NCBI GenBank assembly: GCA_025934395.1
Contig: JAICYC010000002.1
Location: 8,420 to 72,419, forward strand
Length of the DNA stretch: 64,000 nt
Source of the DNA: Solirubrobacteraceae bacterium
GTDB taxonomy: Bacteria; Actinomycetota; Thermoleophilia; Solirubrobacterales; Solirubrobacteraceae
Reading direction: 5' to 3'
Made by a program: the position numbers and the translations under genes. The notes beneath the pieces are model-generated. The model saw nothing but the letters and a program-made list of their open reading frames with translations. It made no database searches and was not told the DNA's origin. Shown piece after piece: positions 26,219-35,617 of this stretch; positions within the stretch are counted from its first letter, which is position 1, and each line of letters starts with the position of its first letter.

Positions 26219-28861
26219 TCACTTCGCATCGAGCCAACTGCGCCCCGCCCCGATATCCACCCCCAGCGGCGGCTCGCGCGGCTCCCAGACCCCGACCATC
26301 TCGCGCTCGATCAGCTCGCGCGCGGCGTCGACCTCGGCGGGCGGCCCTTCGAACAGCAGCTCGTCGTGGATCGTGAGCAACAGCCGTGTGCTCAGCCCCG
26401 AGGCGGCGAGCGCCGCATGCGTTCGCACCATCGCGAGCTTGATGATGTCCGCCGCGGTGCCCTGGATCACGGTGTTGACCGCGAGCCGTTCCCCGAGCGT
26501 GCGCGTCTGGTAGTTCCGGGCGCGCAGCTCGGGCACCTGGCGGCGCCGTCCCCACAGCGTGGTGACGTAGCCCTCCTCCTTGGCGCGCTCCACCGTCTCG
26601 ACCATGAACCGCGCGACCTGCGGGAACCGCTCGAGATAGGCGTCGATGAACTCCTTGGCCTCCTCGCGGGGGATGTTGAGCCGGTCGGCGAGCCCGAAGT
26701 CGGACAGCCCGTAGACGATCCCGTAGTTGATCATCTTCGACTTCGAGCGCATGCCCGGGTCGATCTGGTGCGGCTCCACGTTGAACACGCGCGAGGCGGT
26801 GGCGGTGTGCACGTCCTCGCCGCGCTCGAAGATCTCCATCAGCACGTCCTCGCCGGCGGCGTGCGCGAGCACGCGCAGCTCGATCTGGGAGTAGTCGGCG
26901 GAGATCAGCACACACCCCTCCTCGGCCTCGAAGCAGCCGCGGATCTCGCGTCCGAGCTCGGTCCGGATGGGGACGTTCTGCATGTTGGGGTTGGTGCTCG
27001 ACAGCCGCCCCGTCTGCGCGACCGCCTGCAGGAACGTGGTGTGGATCCGCGAGCGCTCGTCCACCAGCTCGGGCAGCACGTCGAGGTAGGTCTTGATCAG
27101 CGTCGAGAGCTCGCGCCAGCGCTCGATCGCGGGCACGATCTCGTGCTCCTCGCGGATCGCCTGCAGGACCCGCGCGTCTGTGGAGTAGCCCGTCTTGCCG
27201 CGGCGCTTGCGCGAGAGGCCGAGGCGCTCGAACAGGATCTCGCCGAGCTGCTGCGGGGAGCCGATCAGGAACTCCTCTCCCGCGAGCGTGAAGATCCGTC
27301 GTTCGAGCTCGTCGATCTCGGCATGCACGCGCTCGGTGATGCCGGCGAGGCGCTCCACGTTCAGATGCACGCCGAGCTGCTCCATGTCACGCAGCACGCT
27401 CACGAGCGGCAGCTCGATCTCGTCCATCAGCGCACGCAGGCCGCGCTCGTCGATCTGCTCGCGCTGCCAGTCCGCCAGCGCCCCGAGCATCACCGCGTCG
27501 GCGGCCAGCGGGTCCTCGAGGTCGCTCGCGAGCCCGCGCTCTTCGCAGAGCTCCGCGAACGGGTAGCCCCTCCGGGCGGGCTCGAGCAGGTAGGCGCCGA
27601 GCAGCGTGTCGTGGGCGATGGTGGGCGGCACGAGCCCGAGCGCCTTGACGTCGTGCGCGACCACGGGGCGCTCACCCGCGGCCGTGGCGACGTCCTCGGG
27701 GCGCTCGCACGCGCCGCTGAGCACCTCGCCCGCGGCGGCGGCAGCGAACCGCCACTGCGGTCCTTCGGCGAACAGCTCGCCCTCGGGCGCCTCGGTGGCG
27801 CGCGCGACCAGCGCAAGCTCGGACTCCGCGGTGCCGAGGCGCGCGATGTCGGCGGGGGCGCCGCTGCGGGCGCGCGCTGTGAGCGTGACGTCGGCGGTCG
27901 GCGCGGGGGCGGCGAGATCGGCGTCGCCGAGGGCTTCCTCCAGGCGCCGCAGGGGGTCGCGCAGCTCGAACTCGCGGAACACCTCCCGCAGCCGCGAGCG
28001 GTCGGGTTCACGCGCGGCCTCGCCGGCGATGTCCAGCTCCACGTCGAGGTTGCGCTTGACGGTGGCGAGCTGCTTGGAGACGCGCGCGTCCTCGGCATGC
28101 ACGGCGAGGTTCTCTTTGCGCTTGGCCCCTTTGATGTCCTCGACGTGGGCGAGCACGTCCTCGAGGCCCCCGAAGCTCTGCAGCAGCTCGCTGGCGGTCT
28201 TGTCGCCGATGCCGGGGATCCCGGGGATGTTGTCCGAGGTGTCCCCCTTCAGGCCGTAGAAGTCGGGGATCAGCTCCGGCGGGATCCCGTAGCGGTCGAT
28301 CACCGCCTGGCGGTCGTAGATCTTCGTCTCGGTGATCCCCCGCGCGGTGGCCATCACCTTCACCACGCCCGCGTCGTCGATCAGCTGGAAGACGTCGCGG
28401 TCTCCGGTGACGATCATCGTGGGCACGGGCGGGTCGGACGCGAGCGCCAGCTCGGCGAGCGACGCGATCACGTCGTCGGCCTCGTAGCCCTCCAGCCGCA
28501 CGTTGCGGTAGCCGAAGGCCTCCACGAGCGGTTCCATCGCGGGCCACTGCTGCTTGAGCAGGTCCGGGCGCGAGCGGCGGGAGGCCTTGTACTCGGGGTA
28601 AAGCTCGCTGCGTCCCGAGGTGCCCGCGTCCCACGCGACCACCGTGGGGCACACGCCGTAGTCGGTCACGATCTTCACGAGCATCGAGGCGAACCCGAAG
28701 ATCGCGTTCGTGGGCACCCCCGTGGACGTGGCGATCGACTCCGGCAGAGCGAAGAACGCCCGGTAGACGAGGCTCGGCCCGTCGATCAGGAACAGCCGCC
28801 GCCCGTCGCTGCCGAACGGCCTGACCTCGACGTCGGCGACGGCTGTGCTCTGCGGGGTCAC
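26219..28861 (-). CDS. polA: DNA polymerase I
   Basis: 880 aa. 5'-nuclease N-terminus LIDGPSLVYRAFFAL, DYSQIELRVLAH (motif A), QGTAADIIK, HDELLFE. Confidence 0.97.
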   Translation of the reverse strand: MTPQSTAVADVEVRPFGSDGRRLFLIDGPSLVYRAFFALPESIATSTGVPTNAIFGFASMLVKIVTDYGVCPTVVAWDAGTSGRSELYPEYKASRRSRPDLLKQQWPAMEPLVEAFGYRNVRLEGYEADDVIASLAELALASDPPVPTMIVTGDRDVFQLIDDAGVVKVMATARGITETKIYDRQAVIDRYGIPPELIPDFYGLKGDTSDNIPGIPGIGDKTASELLQSFGGLEDVLAHVEDIKGAKRKENLAVHAEDARVSKQLATVKRNLDVELDIAGEAAREPDRSRLREVFREFELRDPLRRLEEALGDADLAAPAPTADVTLTARARSGAPADIARLGTAESELALVARATEAPEGELFAEGPQWRFAAAAAGEVLSGACERPEDVATAAGERPVVAHDVKALGLVPPTIAHDTLLGAYLLEPARRGYPFAELCEERGLASDLEDPLAADAVMLGALADWQREQIDERGLRALMDEIELPLVSVLRDMEQLGVHLNVERLAGITERVHAEIDELERRIFTLAGEEFLIGSPQQLGEILFERLGLSRKRRGKTGYSTDARVLQAIREEHEIVPAIERWRELSTLIKTYLDVLPELVDERSRIHTTFLQAVAQTGRLSSTNPNMQNVPIRTELGREIRGCFEAEEGCVLISADYSQIELRVLAHAAGEDVLMEIFERGEDVHTATASRVFNVEPHQIDPGMRSKSKMINYGIVYGLSDFGLADRLNIPREEAKEFIDAYLERFPQVARFMVETVERAKEEGYVTTLWGRRRQVPELRARNYQTRTLGERLAVNTVIQGTAADIIKLAMVRTHAALAASGLSTRLLLTIHDELLFEGPPAEVDAARELIEREMVGVWEPREPPLGVDIGAGRSWLDAK

Positions 28862-28942
28862 GCCTGAGCACTCTACGAGGGACGCCCGGCGGCTGATACC
28901 TCCCTAAGATCCCCTCCCCACGCAACGAGGAGCAACCACCCC

Positions 28943-30442
28943 GTGAGCGCCACGCCAAGCGCCCAATACCGGCTCACCATCCGCATTCGACTCGACGACG
29001 CGCAGGGCCTGCTCGGCCATGTCACGAGCGCGATCGGCGACGCCGGGGGCGTCGTGGGGGCGATCGACGTGGTCGAGACCGCTGCGGAGCACAGCGTGCG
29101 CGACATCGTCGTGGACGCCTCCGACAGCGACCACTGGGAACAGCTGATCACCGCGATCGACGCGATCGAGGGCGCGACGGTGATCGACACCACCGACCGC
29201 ACGTTCATGCTGCACCTGGGGGGCAAGATCGAGCAGCACAACCGCCACCCGCTGAAGACGCGCGACGACCTTTCGATGGTCTACACGCCCGGTGTGGCGC
29301 GCGTGTGCCTGGCGATCGCCGAGGACGCCGACAAGGCGTTCCAGTACACGATCAAGCGCAACACGGTGGCGGTCGTCTCCGACGGCAGCGCCGTGCTGGG
29401 GCTCGGCGACATCGGCCCGAAGGCGGCGATGCCCGTGATGGAGGGCAAGTGCTGCCTGTTCAAGGAGTTCGCGGGCGTGGACGCGTTCCCGATCTGCCTG
29501 GAGACGGGCGACCCCGACGAGATCGTGCGCACGGTCAAGCTGATCGCACCGGCGTTCGGCGGGATCAACCTCGAGGACATCTCCGCACCGCGCTGCTTCG
29601 AGATCGAGGACCGCCTGAAGTCGGAGCTCGAGATCCCGGTCTTCCACGACGACCAGCACGGCACGGCGGTGGTGGTGATGGCCGCCCTCCTGAACGCGGT
29701 GAAGCTCACGGGCCGGCGCCTGGAGGACCTGCGCGTGTTGATCATCGGGCTCGGTGCGGCGGGCGTGGCGGTCACGAAGATCCTGCTCGCTGCGGGGGTG
29801 AGCGACATCATCGGCGCTGACTCGCGCGGCGCGGTGCACCGCACGCGCGAGGACTACCTCGACGGGACGATGAACTCGGCCAAGCGCTGGCTGGCGGACA
29901 CGACCAACCCAAACGGGCTCGCCGGCGCCCCGGCGGACCTGATGGAGGGGATCGACCTCCTGATCGGCCTCTCCGGCGCCCGGGCGATGCCCCCGCAGGC
30001 GCTCGAGGGGATGGCGCCCGACGCGATGGTGTTCGCGATGGCGAACCCCAACCCGGAGGTGAGCCCCGAGGAGGCGGCTCCGTACGTCCGGATCATGGCC
30101 ACGGGGCGCTCGGACTACCCCAACCAGATCAACAACGTGCTGTGCTTCCCGGGCATCTTCCGCGGCGCGCTAGACGTGCGCTCGCCCGCGATCACGGAGG
30201 AGATGAAGATGGCCGCGGCGCATGCGATCGCGGCGATCGTGGACGACGAGGAGTTGCGCGAGGACTACATCATCCCCTCGGTGTTCAACCGCGAGGTTGC
30301 GCCCGCGGTGGCGGCGGCGGTGGCCGAGCAGGCCCGCGCGGCCGGGACCGCGCTGGCCGGCCAGGAGCTGGGGTTCGCGGCGGGCGAGACCCTCGCGGGC
30401 GCCCCGGCGGGCGCCCCCCAGATCGGCGACGGGGTCGGGTGA
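28943..30442 (+). CDS. NAD(P)-dependent malic enzyme with an N-terminal ACT domain
   Basis: 499 aa. ACT-like first ~75 aa, then YTPGVA, GLGDIGP, FHDDQHGTA, GLGAAGVA. Confidence 0.9.
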   Translation: MSATPSAQYRLTIRIRLDDAQGLLGHVTSAIGDAGGVVGAIDVVETAAEHSVRDIVVDASDSDHWEQLITAIDAIEGATVIDTTDRTFMLHLGGKIEQHNRHPLKTRDDLSMVYTPGVARVCLAIAEDADKAFQYTIKRNTVAVVSDGSAVLGLGDIGPKAAMPVMEGKCCLFKEFAGVDAFPICLETGDPDEIVRTVKLIAPAFGGINLEDISAPRCFEIEDRLKSELEIPVFHDDQHGTAVVVMAALLNAVKLTGRRLEDLRVLIIGLGAAGVAVTKILLAAGVSDIIGADSRGAVHRTREDYLDGTMNSAKRWLADTTNPNGLAGAPADLMEGIDLLIGLSGARAMPPQALEGMAPDAMVFAMANPNPEVSPEEAAPYVRIMATGRSDYPNQINNVLCFPGIFRGALDVRSPAITEEMKMAAAHAIAAIVDDEELREDYIIPSVFNREVAPAVAAAVAEQARAAGTALAGQELGFAAGETLAGAPAGAPQIGDGVG

Positions 30443-30455
30443 GCGGCACCCGTCG

Positions 30456-31379
30456 ATGAGCGCGCGGCGGGTCACGATCACCGGCGCGACGGGACTGCTG
30501 GGCCCGCGCGTGCTCGCGGCCCTGCAGGAGCAGGGCACCGAGGTCACCGTGCTGACGCGCGCGCCGGAGCGCGCGCGCTCGAAACTCGGCAGCGACGTCG
30601 AGGCGGTCCGCTGGGACCCGCTGAGCGAGGCGGCGCCGGAGCGGGCGCTGGCGGGGCGCGACGCGCTCGTGCACCTCGCGGGCGAGCCGGTGGCGCAGCG
30701 CTGGACGAGCCGCGCGCAGACGGCGATCCGCGAGAGCCGCGTGCGTGGCACGGCGAACCTCGTTGCGGGCATCGAGGCATGCGCGGAGCGACCCGCTGCG
30801 CTCGTGCACGCCTCCGGGATCGGGTACTACGGCGCGCGTGGCGATGAGCCGATCGACGAGGACGTGGCCGCCGGGCGGGACTTCCTGGCGGGAGTGTGCG
30901 TGGAATGGGAGGCCGAGGCGGCGCGTGCGGGCGAGCTCGGCGTGCGCACCGTGGCGGTTCGCACCGGTGTGGTGCTCGACGCGCACGGCGGCGCGCTGGC
31001 GAAGATGCTGCCCCCCTTCCGGATGGGCGTGGGCGGCCCGGTTGCGGGCGGGCGCCAGTACATCGCCTGGATCCACGAGCAGGACTACGTGGGCCTGCTG
31101 CTGGCTGCGATCGAGGGCGAGCAGTGGCGCGGGCCCGTGAACGCGTCCGCTCCCGAGCCGGTGACGAACGCGGTGTTCTCGCGCGAGCTCGGCCGCGTGC
31201 TGCGCCGTCCCGCGGTGCTGCCCGTACCAGGCTTCGCGATGCGTGCGCTCTACGGCGAGATGGCGAGCATCATCACCACGGGGGTCCGCGCGGTGCCCGC
31301 CAAGGCCCTCGTGCTCGGCTACGAGTTCACCCACCCCCAGCTGCCCGAGGCGCTGCGCTCGGCCCTCGGGCGCGACTAG
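30456..31379 (+). CDS. TIGR01777/YfcH-type epimerase family protein (SDR fold plus DUF1731)
   Basis: Start at ATG 30456 (MSARRVTITGATGLLG). C-terminal GYEFTHPQL motif, typical of this family. Confidence 0.8.
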   Translation: MSARRVTITGATGLLGPRVLAALQEQGTEVTVLTRAPERARSKLGSDVEAVRWDPLSEAAPERALAGRDALVHLAGEPVAQRWTSRAQTAIRESRVRGTANLVAGIEACAERPAALVHASGIGYYGARGDEPIDEDVAAGRDFLAGVCVEWEAEAARAGELGVRTVAVRTGVVLDAHGGALAKMLPPFRMGVGGPVAGGRQYIAWIHEQDYVGLLLAAIEGEQWRGPVNASAPEPVTNAVFSRELGRVLRRPAVLPVPGFAMRALYGEMASIITTGVRAVPAKALVLGYEFTHPQLPEALRSALGRD

Positions 31380-31396
31380 CGCCGGCGGCGGGACGT

Positions 31397-33337
31397 TCAG
31401 GCGAGGGCGGGCACCGCGGGTGCGGTGCCCGCGACCGCAGCGCGCTCGGACTCGATGATCACGCGGCAGGGCCGCTTGGCGAGCAGGTAGGCGGCGGTGG
31501 GCCCGATCCCCCGCTCGCCCGCGGGCGCGTGAATCGTGGACCAGTAGATCACGTCGCAGTGCACGCGCTGTGCTTCCTCGACGAGCGCTGCGCCGGGATT
31601 GCGCGTGCGGATCAGCCCCGTGCGCACCTGGATCCCGAGGCGCCGCGCCTGGATCCGCGCGCTCTCGAGCACGGAGCGGCCCTGCGCCTCCTCCTCCTCG
31701 AGCCCCGACTCCAGCGAGAGCTGGCGCGGGACGGGGAGCACGAAGATCGCGTACACCACCCCCTCCTCGCCGATCAGCCTGGCGGCGCCGCGCAGCGCCG
31801 CGGCGCTGACGTCCGCGCCGAAGATCGGGACGAGCGCGGTCCTGTACTCGAGCTCCTGGAAGTCCTCCGGACGCTCGGGCCGCGGCAGCCGGTAGGAGAG
31901 CCAGGGGTCGAGCTGCTGTTGGCGCCTGTAGAGGAAGTAGCCGGCCATCCCCAGGACCATCCAGGGGATGCCCACGTACTTGGCCTCGGGGTGCAGCACG
32001 GTGACGGCCACCCATGCGGCTGCGGTGCCGATGCCCCCGATCACGGCGGTCAGCGGGATCGTGCATCCGCGGATGTGTACGCCCCATCCGGTTGCGTAGG
32101 GCCGCTCGCGGCCGGGGTCCTTCACACGCAGCGCCACGATCGCGGCGTGCGCGGTGGTGAACGACAGCATCGCCCCGAACGAGTAGAGGTTGCCGAGCAC
32201 TTCGGTGTTGCCGTAGACGATCAACGTGCACGCGAGCAGCGAGAAGAACACGAGCGTGAACCAGGGCGTGCGGTAGACCGGGTGCAGCGCGGAGAACAGG
32301 CGCGGGAGCTGGCGGTGCTCGGCGAGCGACCACGACAGCCGCGAGATGCCGATCATGCCCGCGTTGGTGGCGATGAAGAGGATCGTCGCTGCGAGCACCC
32401 CCACGTAGAGCTGGACCCCTTTCAGGAGGGCGCCGTGCAGGCCCATGTGCGAGATCACGCCGAGGATCGGGTCGTTTTCGTAGAAGTGCCCGAGCGCGGT
32501 GGCGAAGCCCGGTTGGCCGAACGACTGTTTGAGCTCAGCGCTGTACCCGACGCCGTGATGGACCACGGGGAGCGCTGAGAGCGCGACGACCGAGATGCCC
32601 GCGTACACGCCGAGCACGGCGAGCACGACGAGGTTGACCGCCCTGGGCACCTGCGTGCCGGGGTCCTTGGACTCCTCGGCCATGTTGGCGACGGTCTCGA
32701 TGCCCGTGTAGGCGAGCATCGCCAGGGACAGCGCGAAGATCAGCTCGCTCCAGGTTGGGACGGTGCCGAGGTGGACCTGGTGGATCAGGAGGGCCGGGTT
32801 CAGGACGAGGAACACGCCCAGGCCCACGAGCAGCACCTGCGTGCTCAGGTCCACCACCGCGAGGATGAAGTTGAGCTTCGCCGACTCGCCGAGGCCGCGG
32901 ATGTTCAGCGCTGCGAGCGCCGCCACCACGATCAGCCCGCCGAAGATGTCGTCTGGGTTGTGGTTGAGCGCGTGCAGCCCCGGAAACGCGCTCAGGTAGT
33001 GCGGCACGAAGAACGCGGAGATCGCGATCGTGAGGATGTAGTCGAGGCTCAGCGCCCACCCTGCGAAGAACGACACCACGTCGTTGAACGCGTGGCGCGC
33101 GAACGACGATGAGCCGCCCGCTTCGGGGTACATCGACGCGCCCTCCGCGTACGTCTTGGCGGTCAGCGCGAAGAGGCCGCCCGCAAACAGGAAGACCAGG
33201 GGCGTGAGGCCCAGGGCGTGCGCGGCGACGAGGCCGAGCGCGTAGTAGATCGACGAGCCCACGTTGCCGTAGGCGGTGGCGAACATCCCTGCGGTGCCCA
33301 CCGACTTGCGAAGGCCGCGTTCGCTCAGACGAGCCAC
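31397..33337 (-). CDS. APC-superfamily transporter with a C-terminal universal-stress-protein (Usp) domain, paralog 1
   Basis: 646 aa. About 12 TM (FATAYGNVGSSIYYALG, YPEAGGSSSFARHAF). The C-terminal ~140 aa are Usp-like (ALVPIFGADVS...NPGAALVEEAQRVHCDVIYWSTIH...RPCRVIIE). GTG start. Confidence 0.85.
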   Translation of the reverse strand: MARLSERGLRKSVGTAGMFATAYGNVGSSIYYALGLVAAHALGLTPLVFLFAGGLFALTAKTYAEGASMYPEAGGSSSFARHAFNDVVSFFAGWALSLDYILTIAISAFFVPHYLSAFPGLHALNHNPDDIFGGLIVVAALAALNIRGLGESAKLNFILAVVDLSTQVLLVGLGVFLVLNPALLIHQVHLGTVPTWSELIFALSLAMLAYTGIETVANMAEESKDPGTQVPRAVNLVVLAVLGVYAGISVVALSALPVVHHGVGYSAELKQSFGQPGFATALGHFYENDPILGVISHMGLHGALLKGVQLYVGVLAATILFIATNAGMIGISRLSWSLAEHRQLPRLFSALHPVYRTPWFTLVFFSLLACTLIVYGNTEVLGNLYSFGAMLSFTTAHAAIVALRVKDPGRERPYATGWGVHIRGCTIPLTAVIGGIGTAAAWVAVTVLHPEAKYVGIPWMVLGMAGYFLYRRQQQLDPWLSYRLPRPERPEDFQELEYRTALVPIFGADVSAAALRGAARLIGEEGVVYAIFVLPVPRQLSLESGLEEEEAQGRSVLESARIQARRLGIQVRTGLIRTRNPGAALVEEAQRVHCDVIYWSTIHAPAGERGIGPTAAYLLAKRPCRVIIESERAAVAGTAPAVPALA

Positions 33338-33343
33338 GCCTCA

Positions 33344-33349
33344 ACGCTA
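33344..33349 (-). promoter_or_regulatory. candidate -10 hexamer TAGCGT, 6 nt upstream of the GTG of transporter paralog 1 (possible leaderless mRNA)
   Basis: Minus strand reads TAGCGT-TGAGGC-GTG. No SD. Confidence 0.35.
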
Positions 33350-33359
33350 GGCTCGCCCC

Positions 33360-33409
33360 CGTCAAGCTCTCGTCAAGAATCGCCCGGCGGCTGTGAAGAT
33401 CTCGTCAAG
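33360..33409 (-). promoter_or_regulatory. two pairs of 11-bp-phased direct heptamer repeats (CTTGACG / CTTCACA); candidate OmpR/KdpE-family binding sites
   Basis: Plus-strand CGTCAAG at 33360, 33371 and 33403, and TGTGAAG at 33392. Within-pair spacing is exactly 11 bp. All lie in the 73-bp gap between the regulator stop and the transporter start. Confidence 0.45.
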
Positions 33410-33410
33410 G

Positions 33411-34091
33411 TCAGACGGCGAAGCGGTACCCGATGCCCGAGTCGGTGCGGATGAACGGCCGCGGGCTCTGGCCGGGCTGCAGCTTGCGGCGGAGGTTGGC
33501 GATGTGGGTGCGCAGCAGCGAGGTTGCGTCGGCGTGCTCGGGCCCCCATACCTCGATCAGGAGCTGGCTGTGGGTGAGCAGCAGCCCGCGGTTGACCGCG
33601 AGCACCCGCAGCAGCGAGAACTCGATCGGCGTCAGGTGGACCTCGGCGCCGTCGAGCCACACCGCATGGGCGGCGACGTCGATCACGAGCCCGTCGACCT
33701 CGACCCGGGGCTCGGAGACGCCGCGCCGCGCTCGGCGCAGAGCGGCCCGGACGCGCGCGATCAGCTCGCCCGGCGCAAACGGCTTGGTGACGTAGTCGTC
33801 GGCGCCACGCTGCAGCGCCTCGATCTTGATCGCCTCCTCGTCGATCGCGGACAGCACGAGGATCGGCAGCTCGCTCCACTCGCGCAACCGCGCGCACACC
33901 TCGATCCCGTGCACGTCGGGCAGCATCAGGTCGACGATCGCCAGATGGGGTCGCGCCAGCGCGGCCCGGTCGAGCGCCTCCTCGCCCGTCTCGGTCATGA
34001 CCACGGTGAAGCCGGCCTCCTCGAGCACCAGCCGCAGTGCCCGGCGTATCTGGGGATCGTCGTCGCAGACGAGGACCCGCTCCCCGGCCAT
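33411..34091 (-). CDS. OmpR/PhoB-family response regulator, KdpE-like
   Basis: Start at ATG 34091 (MAGERVLVCDDDPQIRR), 226 aa. Phospho-Asp context AIVDLMLPD, VTKPF, and winged helix LTPIEFSLL...GIGYRF. ATGA overlap with the kinase stop. Confidence 0.9.
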   Translation of the reverse strand: MAGERVLVCDDDPQIRRALRLVLEEAGFTVVMTETGEEALDRAALARPHLAIVDLMLPDVHGIEVCARLREWSELPILVLSAIDEEAIKIEALQRGADDYVTKPFAPGELIARVRAALRRARRGVSEPRVEVDGLVIDVAAHAVWLDGAEVHLTPIEFSLLRVLAVNRGLLLTHSQLLIEVWGPEHADATSLLRTHIANLRRKLQPGQSPRPFIRTDSGIGYRFAV

Positions 34092-35566
34092 CAGCGGGCC
34101 CCGGCGGCACCGGCCGCCAGGGGAGCGCCGACCGGCTCGGAGTCCGGGTCCCCGAGCGGCAGCTCGATCACCATGCTCGTGCCCTGCCCGGGCACCGACT
34201 CGACGGCGATGCGCCCGCCGTTGGCCTCGATGAAGCCCTTGGCGATCGCGAGCCCCAGCCCCGACCCGTGGTGCTCCTGGTCGGCACCGGGCGCGCGGTA
34301 GAAGGGCAGGAACACGCGCTCCCACTCGCTGCGCGCGATCCCCGGGCCGCGGTCGACGACGAGCACGCGCACGCGGCCTCCCTGCTGTGTCGCGCCCCCC
34401 GTGGCAGCGAGCGCCCGTGCACGTACGGCCACGGGCTCTCCCCCGGAGTGCCGCGCAGCGTTCTCGAGGACGTTGGCGAAGGCCCGCTCGAGCTGGACGG
34501 CGTCGCCGCGGATCGACGGCAGCTCGGGGTCGATGCTCAGCCGGAAGCCATCCGCGCCCCCCACGTGCGCGATCGCCTCGTGGACGACCTCCTCCAGGGA
34601 GTAGGACCCGACGCGTGGCTCGTGCGTGCCGGCCTGCAGCACGGACAGGTCGAGCAGCTTCTCGATCAGCAGCGAGAGGCGTGTGGCGGCGTCGGTGACG
34701 AGGTCTCGCACCTCTCCCACGCGCGCCTCCTCGGCACGCGCCGGGTCGAGCGTCCCCGCTGCGGAGAGGATCGCGGTGACGGGCGTGCGCAGGTCGTGCG
34801 AGACGGACCGGAGCACCGCTGTCTTCAGCTCGTCGCTTCGCCGCAGCGCTGCCGTCTCGACGACCTCGGCCCCGAGGCGCTCCCGGTGCAGCGCTGCGGC
34901 GAGGATCGAGACGAGCGAAGGGACGAGCCGGGCCCGCGTCCACGCGAGCTGGTGCGGGGAGGTGCCGGCCGGCACGAGCAGCGTCCCGAGCGGCTCGCCG
35001 TCGGCCTCCAGCGGGATTGCGGCCTCGCCTGCGCCTGCGCCTGCGGCGGCGTGCGGGGCGAGCAAGATCGCGGCGTGCTCGGCGCCGAGCGCCTCGGCGA
35101 CCCGCTGGGCGGCGACGGGAAGCGCGTCCTGCAGCTGCATCGCGCCGAGCAGCAGCCGCGCGAGCTCCGCGGACAGATCGGCCTCGCGGCGGCGCTGGTC
35201 CGCCTCGCGGGCATGCGTGCGCGCCAGGTCGGCGATCAGGCCCGTCGCCGCGGCGGCGACGACGAGCGCTGCGAGCCCCGTCCAGTCGCGACCGTCGGAG
35301 ATGGCGAGCCGGCCCGTTGGCGGCAGGTGGAAGAAGCCGAATGCGAGCGCGCTCAGCACGGCGCTTGCTACGCCCAGCCGCATCCCCCAGAACATCGAGA
35401 CGAGCACCACGACGGGCAGGTACACGACGCCGAGCGACTCGACGGGCGCGGCATGGCGCAGGGGATAGATGGCGAGCGTGGCCGCGGCGAGGCCGCCGGC
35501 CATCGCGAGCGCGCCGAGCAGGAGCGGCGGGCGGCGCGCGCGCAGCAGCACAGCACGGTCGATCAT
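34091..35566 (-). CDS. sensor histidine kinase, KdpD C-terminal-half type (DUF4118 membrane module, GAF-like, HisKA, HATPase); lacks the KdpD N-terminal and Usp domains
   Basis: 491 aa. Starts directly with four hydrophobic helices (LLLGALAMAGGLAAATLAI...). H-box SVSHDLRTPVTAI, N/G boxes NVLENAARHS and GSGLGLAIAKG. Confidence 0.85.
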   Translation of the reverse strand: MIDRAVLLRARRPPLLLGALAMAGGLAAATLAIYPLRHAAPVESLGVVYLPVVVLVSMFWGMRLGVASAVLSALAFGFFHLPPTGRLAISDGRDWTGLAALVVAAAATGLIADLARTHAREADQRRREADLSAELARLLLGAMQLQDALPVAAQRVAEALGAEHAAILLAPHAAAGAGAGEAAIPLEADGEPLGTLLVPAGTSPHQLAWTRARLVPSLVSILAAALHRERLGAEVVETAALRRSDELKTAVLRSVSHDLRTPVTAILSAAGTLDPARAEEARVGEVRDLVTDAATRLSLLIEKLLDLSVLQAGTHEPRVGSYSLEEVVHEAIAHVGGADGFRLSIDPELPSIRGDAVQLERAFANVLENAARHSGGEPVAVRARALAATGGATQQGGRVRVLVVDRGPGIARSEWERVFLPFYRAPGADQEHHGSGLGLAIAKGFIEANGGRIAVESVPGQGTSMVIELPLGDPDSEPVGAPLAAGAAGAR

Positions 35567-35617
35567 GCTGTCAATGATGCTCCAATCGGCGGCGCGGGAC
35601 GGCGCGCGCAGCAGCGA

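Noticed and set aside
25733-28867. 1044-aa plus-strand ORF opposite polA
   Set aside because: Same artefact class. polA on the minus strand carries all the polymerase I motifs, while the antisense translation is low-complexity and R/G/A/E-rich.
34091-35566. Calling the kinase kdpD and the regulator kdpE outright
   Set aside because: The kinase lacks the diagnostic N-terminal KdpD and Usp domains, and no kdpFABC is adjacent. I therefore describe them as KdpD-like and KdpE-like and leave the gene symbols empty.
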